Below are positions 26,693 through 36,211 of a stretch of 64,000 bases of DNA, one piece after another. Under the pieces are notes generated by a model, which made no database searches, was not told the DNA's origin, and was given only the letters and a program-made list of their open reading frames with translations. The stretch's first letter is position 1, and every line of letters begins with the position of its first letter. Position numbers and translations under genes: made by a program. Origin of the DNA: Rhizobium sp. (lineage in GTDB: Bacteria > Pseudomonadota > Alphaproteobacteria > Rhizobiales > Rhizobiaceae); assembly GCA_002796995.1 (NCBI GenBank), contig PEKW01000005.1, forward strand, positions 512,892-576,891, in the 5' to 3' direction.

Positions 26693-28021
26693 CTACACCT
26701 TCCGGCCGTTAAGAAACCAGACGCGCATCGCCCCCTTGCCCTTGACCTCGATCTCACCGCGCAGTTCGAAGTCGAACCGGTCTTCCAGCATGCCCTTCAG
26801 ATGCTCCCCGACCTGGATGCGCCCGGCCACGCCGTGCGATTCCATGCGCGCCGCCATGTTCACCGTATCGCCCCAGACGTCGTAGAGCAGCTTGTTGGAG
26901 CCGATCACGCCGGCGACCACCGGACCGCTGTCGAGGCCGATGCGCACATCGACCGTTTCGCCGTATTCCGCCGAGATCTGCCGGCAGCATTCCAGGATGT
27001 CCAGCGCCATCAGCGCCACGCTCTCGGCATGGTCGGCCCGGGGCTCGGGAAGACCGCCGGCCACCATGTAGGCGTCGCCGATCGTCTTGATCGTCTCCAA
27101 CCCGTGAGCGGCCGCCAGATCGTCGAAGCTGCGAAACACCCGGCCGAGAAAGGTCACCAGGTCCCTGGGCGGCCACTTGGCGGCCCGGGGGGTGAAGTCG
27201 ACGATATCGGCAAAGAGAATGGTCGCCGAATCGACGTGATCGGCGACCATGGCCGTTTCGCGGTGCTTGAGGCGAAGGGCCACGGCGCGCGGCAGGATGT
27301 TCTCCAGCAGGCGCGTCGAAAACCGGTGCTCCTTTTCCAGCGCCACCTCCGCCAGGCTCGCCTCCTGGAAGGCGAAATAGACGGTGGTGAAGATCAGCAG
27401 GAAGACGAACGGTACGGTCAGCAGGAAGAGGATATCGAGCAGGGCCGGATCGGCGGCAGCAAGAGCCGGGGTCGGGAAGAATATCGCGGTGCCGAGGAAA
27501 GCGAGGAGAGCCAGCACCGTCAACAGGGCCGACAGCAGCACCCGTTCGGCACCGAAGATCAACATCGCCGCGGCCGCGCCCGCCAGGAAATAGAGGGCAA
27601 GGCCTGACTCGCGCCCGAAGAGAAAACAGTAGACGACGGCGAAGGCCAGCCAGATGACGCTGAAATAGAGCGCGGCGGCGGACGGTCCGAGCCGGTGAAA
27701 GCACGGCGTGACCGCATAGAGCACGATCTGCGGCGACAGGACCACGATCGCCGGCCACAGGCCCTCATAGTCATAGAGCGCATAGAGCAGGATATACGGC
27801 ACGGTCATCAGGCTGCAGAGCAGCGAGACGACATTGGTCACTGCCATCCGTCGGCGCACATGCGGCGGATAACCCGCAGTCCCGCAGCCTGCGAGCAGGC
27901 GCGACACCGGTAGAGACTGTCGGGAACCGGTGCGGCGTTCCCGACGTGATGGTATTTCCAGGTCTTGCGTCGACACAACTTGTTCCGCTTGGCCGTTTGC
28001 ACAGCTGAATGAAGTATTCAC
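26693..28021 (-). CDS. Membrane-bound class III adenylate cyclase (true start probably downstream of 28021)
   Basis: About 6 TM segments; ILFADIVDFT, IKTIGDAYM, YDVWGDTVNMAARMES. Confidence 0.9.
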   Translation of the reverse strand: MNTSFSCANGQAEQVVSTQDLEIPSRRERRTGSRQSLPVSRLLAGCGTAGYPPHVRRRMAVTNVVSLLCSLMTVPYILLYALYDYEGLWPAIVVLSPQIVLYAVTPCFHRLGPSAAALYFSVIWLAFAVVYCFLFGRESGLALYFLAGAAAAMLIFGAERVLLSALLTVLALLAFLGTAIFFPTPALAAADPALLDILFLLTVPFVFLLIFTTVYFAFQEASLAEVALEKEHRFSTRLLENILPRAVALRLKHRETAMVADHVDSATILFADIVDFTPRAAKWPPRDLVTFLGRVFRSFDDLAAAHGLETIKTIGDAYMVAGGLPEPRADHAESVALMALDILECCRQISAEYGETVDVRIGLDSGPVVAGVIGSNKLLYDVWGDTVNMAARMESHGVAGRIQVGEHLKGMLEDRFDFELRGEIEVKGKGAMRVWFLNGRKV

Positions 28022-28053
28022 CGCGTTACGGCAACCGTTTAAAGCGAAACGTT

Positions 28054-30057
28054 CTACGAATTGTGACCCGAAGCCGCTCCCTTGACACGCCCGGACATGA
28101 CGCCGAAGCCGTCGATGATCGCCTCCTGGTTCTCCATGCGGGTGATCTCGAGCTGAACCTGATGCAGCGCACCGATCACCTGGTCGATCCGTCCTCCATC
28201 CTCGGCCTCCGTCGCCTCGGCGACCTCACGCTCGAGCTCGATGCGCTGGCGTCTCAGCGCATTGGTCCGCTTGTGCAGCGAAAGCGCCTGGCGATAGCCC
28301 TCGCCCGCATCCTCGGGGGCTGCGATCTCGGTCGCCGTCCACAGCCGCGCATTGCGGATCTGCTGGTCGAGGCTCTTGATCAGCCCGCCATGGCCCTGTT
28401 CTTCGAGGCGGGCGATCAGCGTCTCACGCGTCAGCTGGGCGCCGGCGCCGGCGGCGATCGTCAGCAGCGAGGACCACAGCTTCTGCAGCTCGCGATTCTC
28501 GTAGTCGATCGACGCGATCTCGTCATACTCGTCCTGCAGCAGTTGCGGGTGGTTGACGATGGTCAGCGCCAGAACGCTCTCGCGAAGCGCCGGCTGGTCC
28601 TGATGTCCCTTGACGAGACCCGATCTCGCCAGCCGATCGGAGACGCCCGCGCTCGTCGCCGAAAAACCGGTGCCCGGCCGCCCCTGCTTGCCCTTGTCGC
28701 CGCCGCGTCCGCCGCGATTGCCCCCGTCGAAGTTGCCGCGCCGTTCGCCGCGATTGGCCGAAGCAGGCTGGAAGAAGGCATTCAGCCGGTCGCGAACGTC
28801 CTGCTGGTAGTGCCGGCGCACGTTCTCGTCGGCGATGACCGCGACCACCTGCTTCATCCGCGCTTCGAGTTCCGCGCGCTTCTCCGGCGTGTCGAACTGT
28901 CCGGCGCCGAGTTCGCGGATCCACAGCATTTCCGCCAGCGGCCGCGCCTCTGCAAGCACCTTGTCGAACGGCGCGCGGCCGTCCTGCTTGACGAGGTCGT
29001 CCGGATCCTTGCCGTCGGGCAGCATGGCAAACCGCACCGAGCGGCCGGGCTTGAGGTGCGGCAGGGCCAGGTCCACGCCGCGGAAGGCCGCACGCTGGCC
29101 GGCGCCGTCGCCGTCGAAGCAGAGCACCGGCACCGGCGTCATCTTCCACATCAGCTCGAGCTGGTTCTCGGTGAGCGCCGTGCCCAGCGGCGCAACGACA
29201 TTCTCGATGCCGGCCTGGTAGAGCGCGATCACGTCCATATAGCCTTCGACGGCGATCAGCGTGTCGGCCCCGTCGGCGCCCTGGAGCGCACGGCGCGCCC
29301 GGGAGAAATTGAAGAGCACATTGCCCTTGCGGAAGAGCTCGGTCTCTGGCGAGTTCATGTATTTCGCCATGGCATCCTGCGCCATCGCCCGGCCACCGAA
29401 CGCGATCACCTTGTCGCGCGACGACAGGATCGGAAACATGATGCGGTCGCGGAAATAATCGTAGGAGACCGGAATGTCCGGTCCATGCCGCACCAGCCCG
29501 CAGGCCTCGATCTGCTCCTTGGGCACGCCTTTGCCCGCCAGATATTCCTTCAGCGCATTGCGGCTTTCGGGCGCATAACCGAGCCGGAAGGTCTCGATCG
29601 TCCGCCCCGATAGCCCGCGCTCGCGCAGATAGGCCCTGGCCCTCGCGCCGCTCGCGGTCTGCAGCTGATCCTGGAAGAACTGCGTCGCCATTTCCATGAC
29701 GTCCTGCAGCGTGGTGCGTTCCTTCTCGCGACGCTCCGCCTGCGGATCGGCCTTGGGCATGGCAATGCCGGCCATGTCGGCGATCTGCTGGACGGCCTCG
29801 GGAAAGCTCAGACCCTCGAGATCGGTCAAGAAGCGGAAATGGTCGCCCGACACACCGCAGCCGAAGCAGTGGTAGCGGCCCTTGCGATCCTCGCAGTGAA
29901 AGCTCGGGCTCTTCTCGCCGTGGAACGGGCAGCAGGCCCAATAGTCGCCGCGCGACACATTGGTCTTCTTGCGATCCCACGCCACGCGCCGACCGACCAC
30001 GGCCGAAATCGGCACGCGGTCGCGTATCTCGTCGAGAAAGTCGTTGGAAAAGCGCAT
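28054..30057 (-). CDS. dnaG: DNA primase
   Basis: CPFHGEKSPSF zinc finger, KYMNSPET, VEGYMDVI, FDGDGAG, DPDD Toprim motifs. Confidence 0.99.
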   Translation of the reverse strand: MRFSNDFLDEIRDRVPISAVVGRRVAWDRKKTNVSRGDYWACCPFHGEKSPSFHCEDRKGRYHCFGCGVSGDHFRFLTDLEGLSFPEAVQQIADMAGIAMPKADPQAERREKERTTLQDVMEMATQFFQDQLQTASGARARAYLRERGLSGRTIETFRLGYAPESRNALKEYLAGKGVPKEQIEACGLVRHGPDIPVSYDYFRDRIMFPILSSRDKVIAFGGRAMAQDAMAKYMNSPETELFRKGNVLFNFSRARRALQGADGADTLIAVEGYMDVIALYQAGIENVVAPLGTALTENQLELMWKMTPVPVLCFDGDGAGQRAAFRGVDLALPHLKPGRSVRFAMLPDGKDPDDLVKQDGRAPFDKVLAEARPLAEMLWIRELGAGQFDTPEKRAELEARMKQVVAVIADENVRRHYQQDVRDRLNAFFQPASANRGERRGNFDGGNRGGRGGDKGKQGRPGTGFSATSAGVSDRLARSGLVKGHQDQPALRESVLALTIVNHPQLLQDEYDEIASIDYENRELQKLWSSLLTIAAGAGAQLTRETLIARLEEQGHGGLIKSLDQQIRNARLWTATEIAAPEDAGEGYRQALSLHKRTNALRRQRIELEREVAEATEAEDGGRIDQVIGALHQVQLEITRMENQEAIIDGFGVMSGRVKGAASGHNS

Positions 30058-30160
30058 GTCTGTCCCTTGATGGTTTCCCTCATATAGGCGGGTGCCCCGG
30101 CAAGCGCCAAGGGTTTTGCGGCTTGCACCCGCTATTCACAGCCTTGACCGAAATGACAGA

Positions 30161-30170
30161 TGTATATACA
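30161..30170. promoter_or_regulatory. Palindrome TGTATATACA, candidate brnTA operator
   Basis: Perfect 10-bp palindrome just downstream of TTGACC (30144) and upstream of the brnT remnant. Confidence 0.5.
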
Positions 30171-30228
30171 CGGCGAAAATCAGACATGACCGGATGCGCC
30201 TGAATTCAATCGGCCCAAAGAGTCGCCA

Positions 30229-30456
30229 ATGCGATCGGAGTTGGCTCCCGTCTTCGCGACCTTCGAATGGGACGAGAACAAGCGGCATCCCAATTTGCTG
30301 AAGCACGGCATGGATTTCATCCGCGCGGCTTAAGCGCTGCAAAGACCGCACGTGAAGATAAGGTCGAACAGAGTTGGAGGCCAAGCATGTCGGATCATCT
30401 CGGCCTGAGTGGCACGGAAATATGAGCAAAGAGCGTATCGTCAGATACTCGGCTGA
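30229..30456 (+). pseudogene. brnT: BrnT toxin pseudogene
   Basis: MRSELAPVFATFEWDENKRHPNLLKHGMDFIRAA*...CRIISA*VARKYEQRAY; in-frame TAA at 30331 and TGA at 30406; middle looks shortened. Confidence 0.8.
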
Positions 30457-30754
30457 GGAGATCGAGGAGAAGATCGCCCGCGGCGAAAAGAGCAAAACCG
30501 ACTGGGCCCGCGTCGACGCGCTGACCGATGAGGACATCGAACGCGCCATGCGTGACGATCCCGACTGGCAGGATCTGATGGACATCGACTGGTCCAAGGC
30601 CGTGATGGTGAATCCGCAGAGGAAGAAGGCGATCTCGATCCGGCTGGACGAGGATATCGTCGATTTCTTCCAGGCTTCGGGCAAGGGATACCAGACCCGC
30701 ATCAATGCTGTGCTGCGCCATTTCATCACCGAACAGAAGCGTTCGAAGGGCTGA
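30422..30754 (+). CDS. brnA: BrnA antitoxin family protein
   Basis: KTDWARVDALTDEDI; KKAISIRLDEDIVDFFQASGKGYQTRINAVLR. Confidence 0.9.
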   Translation: MSKERIVRYSAEEIEEKIARGEKSKTDWARVDALTDEDIERAMRDDPDWQDLMDIDWSKAVMVNPQRKKAISIRLDEDIVDFFQASGKGYQTRINAVLRHFITEQKRSKG

Positions 30755-30760
30755 ACGCAA

Positions 30761-30782
30761 AACTCCGCCCGAAGGCGGAGTT
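30761..30782. terminator. Hairpin terminator between convergent genes
   Basis: aactccgcc-cgaa-ggcggagtt. Confidence 0.7.
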
Positions 30783-30807
30783 CTGGTCGTCCATTGCGAA
30801 GCGATCC

Positions 30808-31257
30808 TTACTTCAGCAGATCCTTCACCACGCCGGAGGCTTTGGCGAAATCGATCTGTCCGGGATAACGCTCCTTCAGCGTATTCATGCACTTGCCCAT
30901 GTCGCGCAATCCTTGCGCCCCGGTTTCGGTGATGACCGAAGCGCAAAGCTCGCGCACCTTTTCCTCGGGCAACTGCTCCGGCATGAAGCTTTTGATGATG
31001 CAGATTTCCTGGCGCTCCTGCTCGGCAAGCTCAGGCCTGCCGTTGTCGGCGTAGATCTTTGCCGATTCGTCGCGCTGTTTGATCATCTTCATCAGGATCT
31101 GCATGATCTCGTCATCGGTGACCGGATCCTTGCCGACACCGCGATTGGCAATGTCGCGATCCTTGATCGCCGTCTGGATCAACCGCACAGTCGACGTGCG
31201 GCGCACATCCTTCGCCTTGAGCGATTCCTTCATAACGTCGGTAAGCCTGTCGCGCAT
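30808..31257 (-). CDS. GatB/YqeY domain protein
   Basis: MKESLKAKD...LIQTAIKDRDI, ESAKIYADNGRPELAEQE, RDMGKCM. Confidence 0.92.
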   Translation of the reverse strand: MRDRLTDVMKESLKAKDVRRTSTVRLIQTAIKDRDIANRGVGKDPVTDDEIMQILMKMIKQRDESAKIYADNGRPELAEQERQEICIIKSFMPEQLPEEKVRELCASVITETGAQGLRDMGKCMNTLKERYPGQIDFAKASGVVKDLLK

Positions 31258-31586
31258 CATCTCTTCATCTCCACGGAAAAGCCGGTTGGCGGGCTCCGCC
31301 AATTGTGGCTTTTCCTTGTCATTTTGGTCGAACTCTTAACCAGACCTGCAGGTCCACGCAAATCAATTAGACAACCCATTGAAATACATGGGTCTAAATT
31401 CCACGCTTTCCACAACGGCGAATTGACCTCGCGGATCGATCCGTCTATTTTCCGGCACCTGCACGAAAATTGTCATCAGGGGAAAAGCGCGCGCTTCGCT
31501 GCGCGACCTTGATCTGCGAACATAAATGGCGCGTGGGCTCCGGTTCTTCAAGGGATCGGCGGTCCTCGGCCGGACAAGGAACGAAC

Positions 31587-32792
31587 ATGACCTCGACAGC
31601 CCCATGGACCACCCGCAAGCCGACCGCGCTTCTCGTTCTTGCCGACGGCACCGTCATCGAAGGCCACGGGATCGGCGCCACCGGCAAGGTACAGGCCGAA
31701 GTCTGCTTCAACACGGCGCTGACGGGTTATGAGGAAATCCTGACCGACCCGTCCTATCTCGGCCAGATCGTCACCTTCACCTTCCCGCATATCGGCAATG
31801 TCGGCACCAATGAGGAAGACATCGAAGACCTGACGCCGGCGGCCCGCCACGGCGCGGTCGGCGTGATCTTCAAGGCCGACATCACCGAACCTTCGAATTA
31901 TCGCGCGGCAAAGCATCTCGACGCCTGGCTGAAGGCCCGCGGCATCATCGGCCTGTGCGGGGTCGACACCCGCGCGCTCACCGCCTGGATCCGCGAACAC
32001 GGCGCACCGAACGCGGTCATCGCCCATGACCCGGGCGGCGTCTTCGACATCGATACGCTGAAGGCCGAAGCCAAGGCCTGGAGCGGCCTCGTCGGCCTCG
32101 ACCTCGCCAAGGTCGCGACATCCGGCCAGTCCTCGACCTGGGACGAAAAGCCCTGGGTGTGGAACGAAGGTTATTCGACGCTGGGTGCAGCGGACGCCAG
32201 GTATCACGTCGTCTGCGTCGATTTCGGCGTGAAGCGCAACATCCTGCGCCTCTTTGCCGGCCTCGACTGCAAGGTCACCGTCGTTCCGGCATCGACCAGT
32301 GCGGAAGACATCCTGGCGCTCAATCCGGACGGCATCTTCCTGTCGAACGGCCCGGGCGACCCGGCCGCGACCGGCGAATATGCCGTTCCGGTGATCCAGA
32401 ACCTGATCAAGTCGGACAAGCCGCTCTTCGGCATCTGCCTCGGCCACCAGATGCTGGGCCTGGCGCTCGGCGGCAAGACCGAGAAGATGCACCAGGGCCA
32501 CCATGGCGCCAACCACCCGGTCAAGGACTTCACCACCGGCAAGGTCGAGATCGTCTCGATGAACCACGGCTTCGCGGTCGATTCGAAGTCGCTGCCGGAA
32601 GGCGTTGAAGAGACTCACGTTTCCCTGTTCGACGGTTCGAACTGCGGCCTGCGCCTCGCCGGAAAGCCGGTCTTTTCGGTGCAGCACCACCCGGAAGCTT
32701 CGCCCGGCCCGCAGGACAGCCACTATCTCTTCCGCCGCTTCATCAACATGGTGCGCGAGACGAAGGGTGAGCCGGCGCTCGCAGAGCGCTGA
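31587..32792 (+). CDS. carA: Carbamoyl-phosphate synthase small subunit
   Basis: FNTALTGYEEILTDPSY, LSNGPGDP, GICLGHQ, HHGANHPV, QHHPE. Confidence 0.99.
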   Translation: MTSTAPWTTRKPTALLVLADGTVIEGHGIGATGKVQAEVCFNTALTGYEEILTDPSYLGQIVTFTFPHIGNVGTNEEDIEDLTPAARHGAVGVIFKADITEPSNYRAAKHLDAWLKARGIIGLCGVDTRALTAWIREHGAPNAVIAHDPGGVFDIDTLKAEAKAWSGLVGLDLAKVATSGQSSTWDEKPWVWNEGYSTLGAADARYHVVCVDFGVKRNILRLFAGLDCKVTVVPASTSAEDILALNPDGIFLSNGPGDPAATGEYAVPVIQNLIKSDKPLFGICLGHQMLGLALGGKTEKMHQGHHGANHPVKDFTTGKVEIVSMNHGFAVDSKSLPEGVEETHVSLFDGSNCGLRLAGKPVFSVQHHPEASPGPQDSHYLFRRFINMVRETKGEPALAER

Positions 32793-32821
32793 TCCGACTC
32801 TCACATTAGAAATCGAAGATG

Positions 32822-32848
32822 CGGCCCGGTCAGACCCGGGCCGTTTTC
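32822..32848 (+). terminator. Probable intrinsic terminator of carA
   Basis: cggcccgg / ccgggccg stem followed by a T-run. Confidence 0.6.
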
Positions 32849-34230
32849 ATTTCGTAGCGTACCTTGTGGAAGAAGCGCAGGCAGAGCAGCAGCGCCGCGC
32901 TCATCAGGCCGATCAGGAAGCCGAGCCAGATGCCGATGCCGCCGAAACCGAGCGGAAAGGCCATGACCCAGGCGAGGAAGAATCCGATCGGCCAGTAGGA
33001 AATCAGCGCCATCACCATCGGGATGCGCGCATCCTTCAGGCCGCGCAGCAGGCCGCTGGCGATCGCCTGCAGGCCGTCGACCAGCTGGAAGATGCCGGCG
33101 ATCACCACCAGCGGCACGGCGAAGTCGAGCACGGCGGCAGCCTCCGGCGTATTGGCATCGATAAAGGCGCCGCTGAGCGCGCGCGGCATCAGGTAGAAAA
33201 GTAGTCCGCCGGCAATCGCGATCGCGCTGGCGATCCCCAAAACGGCGATCGCCGCACGCATCAAGTCGGCGTAGTCGCCCCGTCCATGGGCCACCCCGAT
33301 CCGCACCGTCGCGGCTTGCGACAGGCCAAGCGGAATCATGAAGGCGATCGAGGCGAGCTGCAGCGCGATGCCATGCGCCGCAAGCTCGATCGTGCCGATC
33401 TTGCCCATCATCAGCGAGGCGGCGGTGAACAGGCTAACTTCGGCCAGCACCGTGATGCTGATCGGCAGACCGAGATGCACCACTTCCCAGAGCGCGTGCC
33501 AGTCCGGCCGCCAGAAGCGGACGAACAACTCGTAGCGGCGAGTCTCCGGCCGTGTCTGGATATAGGCGACCATGAACAGGAAGCTCGCCGTCTGGACGAT
33601 CACGGCGACGATGGCCGCGCCGATCATGCCGAGCCGTGGCAGGCCGAAATGGCCAAGCACCAGCGCATAGGCGAGCACCGCATTCATAAGGAGCACGGCA
33701 ACCGTGACATAGAGGATGATCCCTGCCCGGCCGATCGCGCTGACAAGGGATCGCAGCACGGCAAAGAGCAGCGCCGGCAAGAGGCCGAACTGCACGATCA
33801 TCACGTAGTTGGCGGCAAGCGCCGCGACTTCCGGTTTCTGACCAAGCGCAAGAAGGATCGTCTCGGCATTGAAGAACAGCGGCGCGGTCAGGAGCGTGTA
33901 GCCGATCGCCACCCACATGCCCATGCGGATGGCCCGGCGAACCGAAACCACGTCGCCGCGGCCAAAGGCCTGCGCCACCATCGGCACGACGGCGATGGAG
34001 AAACCCGAGCCGAAGATGAAGATCGTGAAGAAGAACTGGCCCGACAGCACCATGGCGGCCAGCGACTGCGCGCCGAGCTGCCCGACGATCACCACGTCCG
34101 TCGTGTGAATGCCGAGCTGCGCCAGTTGCGCGCCGATCAGCGGAATGCCGAGCGCAAGCGTCGCGCGAATGTGCGACGACCAACTGCTGGCAGCTTTGCC
34201 GGTTCCCGCGAATGCATAGTGGCTAGACAT
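32830..34230 (-). CDS. MATE family efflux transporter (NorM-like)
   Basis: LALGIPLIGAQLAQ, LGLPISITVLAEVSLF, FQLVDGLQAIASGLLRGLKD. Confidence 0.93.
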   Translation of the reverse strand: MSSHYAFAGTGKAASSWSSHIRATLALGIPLIGAQLAQLGIHTTDVVIVGQLGAQSLAAMVLSGQFFFTIFIFGSGFSIAVVPMVAQAFGRGDVVSVRRAIRMGMWVAIGYTLLTAPLFFNAETILLALGQKPEVAALAANYVMIVQFGLLPALLFAVLRSLVSAIGRAGIILYVTVAVLLMNAVLAYALVLGHFGLPRLGMIGAAIVAVIVQTASFLFMVAYIQTRPETRRYELFVRFWRPDWHALWEVVHLGLPISITVLAEVSLFTAASLMMGKIGTIELAAHGIALQLASIAFMIPLGLSQAATVRIGVAHGRGDYADLMRAAIAVLGIASAIAIAGGLLFYLMPRALSGAFIDANTPEAAAVLDFAVPLVVIAGIFQLVDGLQAIASGLLRGLKDARIPMVMALISYWPIGFFLAWVMAFPLGFGGIGIWLGFLIGLMSAALLLCLRFFHKVRYEMKTARV

Positions 34231-34388
34231 GACGATATCCAAGACGAAAAAAGCCGCTTCCAGACGATACTGGCGAGCGGCGCGTGTTCACTGGATAGAA
34301 GAAACCCGCTGCGGTAGCAAGCCGCAGCGGGATAGTGCAAAAAATTTCGTCGATTGTTCACAAAGGCTGATGGACGACCGAAATCGCC

Positions 34389-35315
34389 TCAGATCGCGCC
34401 GGAAAACGTGTCACAGGCCGTGAACTCGCCGCTTTCGAAGCCGCGCTTGAACCATTTCGCCCGCTGGGCGGAGGTGCCGTGGTTGAAGCTGTCGGGCACG
34501 ACATAGCCCTGGCTGCGCTTCTGCAGCGTGTCGTCGCCGATCTGATGAGCGGCATTCAGCGCCTCTTCGAGGTCGCCGGCCTCGAGCAGGCCCTTCTGCT
34601 CGGTATACTTGCCCCAGATCCCGGCAAAGCAGTCGGCCTGGAGCTCGACGCGGACCGACATCTGGTTGGCTTCCACTTCGCTCATCGACTGGCGCATCTG
34701 GTTGAACTTCGGTAGCACGCCGGTCAGGTTCTGCACGTGATGGCCGATCTCGTGGGCGATCACATAGGCTTCGGCGAAGTCGCCGGAGGCGCCGAACTGA
34801 TCGCTGAGCTGCTGGAAGAAGGCCGTGTCGAGATAGACCTTGCGGTCGCCCGGGCAATAGAACGGCCCCGTCGCCGAGGATGCGAAACCGCAGGCCGAGC
34901 TGACCTGGCCGGAGAACAGAACCAGCGTGGGCTCTTCATAGGTCTCGCCTTCCGCCTTGAAGATGCCGTTCCAGGTATCCTCGGTCTCGGCGAGCACGGT
35001 GCGCACGAAGGCGGTCATCTCGTCGGCTGCGGGCGAGGTCGGTCGCTCGCCCACCGTCTGCTCGTAGCCCGGCTGCTGCATCGAGCCGTCGTCCAGCATC
35101 TGCAGCATGTCGATGCCCATCATCTTCAGGACGAAGTAGATGACCACCAGGAAAATGATCGTGCCGATGCTCAAGCCGCCGCCGCGACGGCCGCTGCCCA
35201 TCGGGATCTGGATGCCGGAACGGCCGAACGGGTTGCGTCCGCCACCGGTGGGGCCGACAGAACTGCCGCGGCGATCCTCGATATTGTCCGACTGACGTCG
35301 ACCCTTCCATTCCAT
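34389..35315 (-). CDS. YpfJ-like neutral zinc metallopeptidase
   Basis: MEWKGRRQSDNIEDRRG, GPFYCPGD, AHEIGHHVQ, ELQADCFAG, HGTSAQR. Confidence 0.92.
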   Translation of the reverse strand: MEWKGRRQSDNIEDRRGSSVGPTGGGRNPFGRSGIQIPMGSGRRGGGLSIGTIIFLVVIYFVLKMMGIDMLQMLDDGSMQQPGYEQTVGERPTSPAADEMTAFVRTVLAETEDTWNGIFKAEGETYEEPTLVLFSGQVSSACGFASSATGPFYCPGDRKVYLDTAFFQQLSDQFGASGDFAEAYVIAHEIGHHVQNLTGVLPKFNQMRQSMSEVEANQMSVRVELQADCFAGIWGKYTEQKGLLEAGDLEEALNAAHQIGDDTLQKRSQGYVVPDSFNHGTSAQRAKWFKRGFESGEFTACDTFSGAI

Positions 35316-35427
35316 GATGTGCTTCCTCTCCGTCACGACTGCCTGCGGCTTGAAACACTTCATAAAGCAAAGCGTTCCCGCGGGCCACGCAAATTAGGGA
35401 ACAATTGTGTAGCCCTCCGTTCGGTAT

Positions 35428-36102
35428 TCAGGTCGTGGCGAAGCTGTAGGCGCCGCCGCGCGCCAGCGCGCGCTGGTAAGCCGGTCGGGACCGGATCGCC
35501 TCGAGATGACGACGGACCGCGGTCAACGGCCGCTCCCTCCCCTTTTCCATCCGCGACATGGCGGCCTCAAGAGGAAAACTCATGGCGATGTCGGCGGCCG
35601 AGAAAGCGCCGCCGGCAAAATAGCCGTCACGGGCGAGTTCGCTTTCCCAGAAGGCGACGTGATCCTCGAGTTGCGGATCGATGAAGCTTTTCGCCGCACC
35701 CTTGGCGATCAGCGCCGCGAAGGGCCGGACGAAGAACGGCACCTGGCCCGGCAGCTTGGCGAAGATCAGTTTCATAACCAGCAGGGGCATCGCCGAACCT
35801 TCGGCATAGTGCAGGAAATAGGTGTAGCGCAGCCGCTCGTCGGTTGCGACGGCCGGTCGCAGCGCCTCGCCGCCATAACAGTCGATCAGGTATTCGATGA
35901 TCGCGCCGCTTTCGGCGATCACCTTGCCGCCATCCTCGATCACCGGCGATTTGCCGAGCGGATGCACCGCCTTCAGGTTTCTCGGCGCCCGCATGTCTGA
36001 ACCGCGACGATAGACATTGATGTCGTAGGGAATGCCGAGTTCTTCGAGCAGCCAGAGGATGCGGTGGGCGCGGGAATTTTCGAGATAGTGTACGATGATC
36101 AT
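35428..36102 (-). CDS. Glutathione S-transferase
   Basis: SRAHRILWLLEELG, HPLGKSPVIED, ESGAIIEYL. Confidence 0.93.
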   Translation of the reverse strand: MIIVHYLENSRAHRILWLLEELGIPYDINVYRRGSDMRAPRNLKAVHPLGKSPVIEDGGKVIAESGAIIEYLIDCYGGEALRPAVATDERLRYTYFLHYAEGSAMPLLVMKLIFAKLPGQVPFFVRPFAALIAKGAAKSFIDPQLEDHVAFWESELARDGYFAGGAFSAADIAMSFPLEAAMSRMEKGRERPLTAVRRHLEAIRSRPAYQRALARGGAYSFATT

Positions 36103-36211
36103 CGGCGGCTCCGTGGCGAGGCCTGCCGGAGATGCGGCGGGCGACATGGTACCTATACGCCCCGACCGCCCCGGCGGTTTCATCGCCGCGGCACATTCCG
36201 CCCTATCCGGT

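Noticed and set aside
30406-30408. Recoding (selenocysteine or readthrough) of the in-frame TGA in brnT
   Set aside because: An earlier TAA at 30331 already truncates the frame, and the position corresponds to Arg, not Cys.
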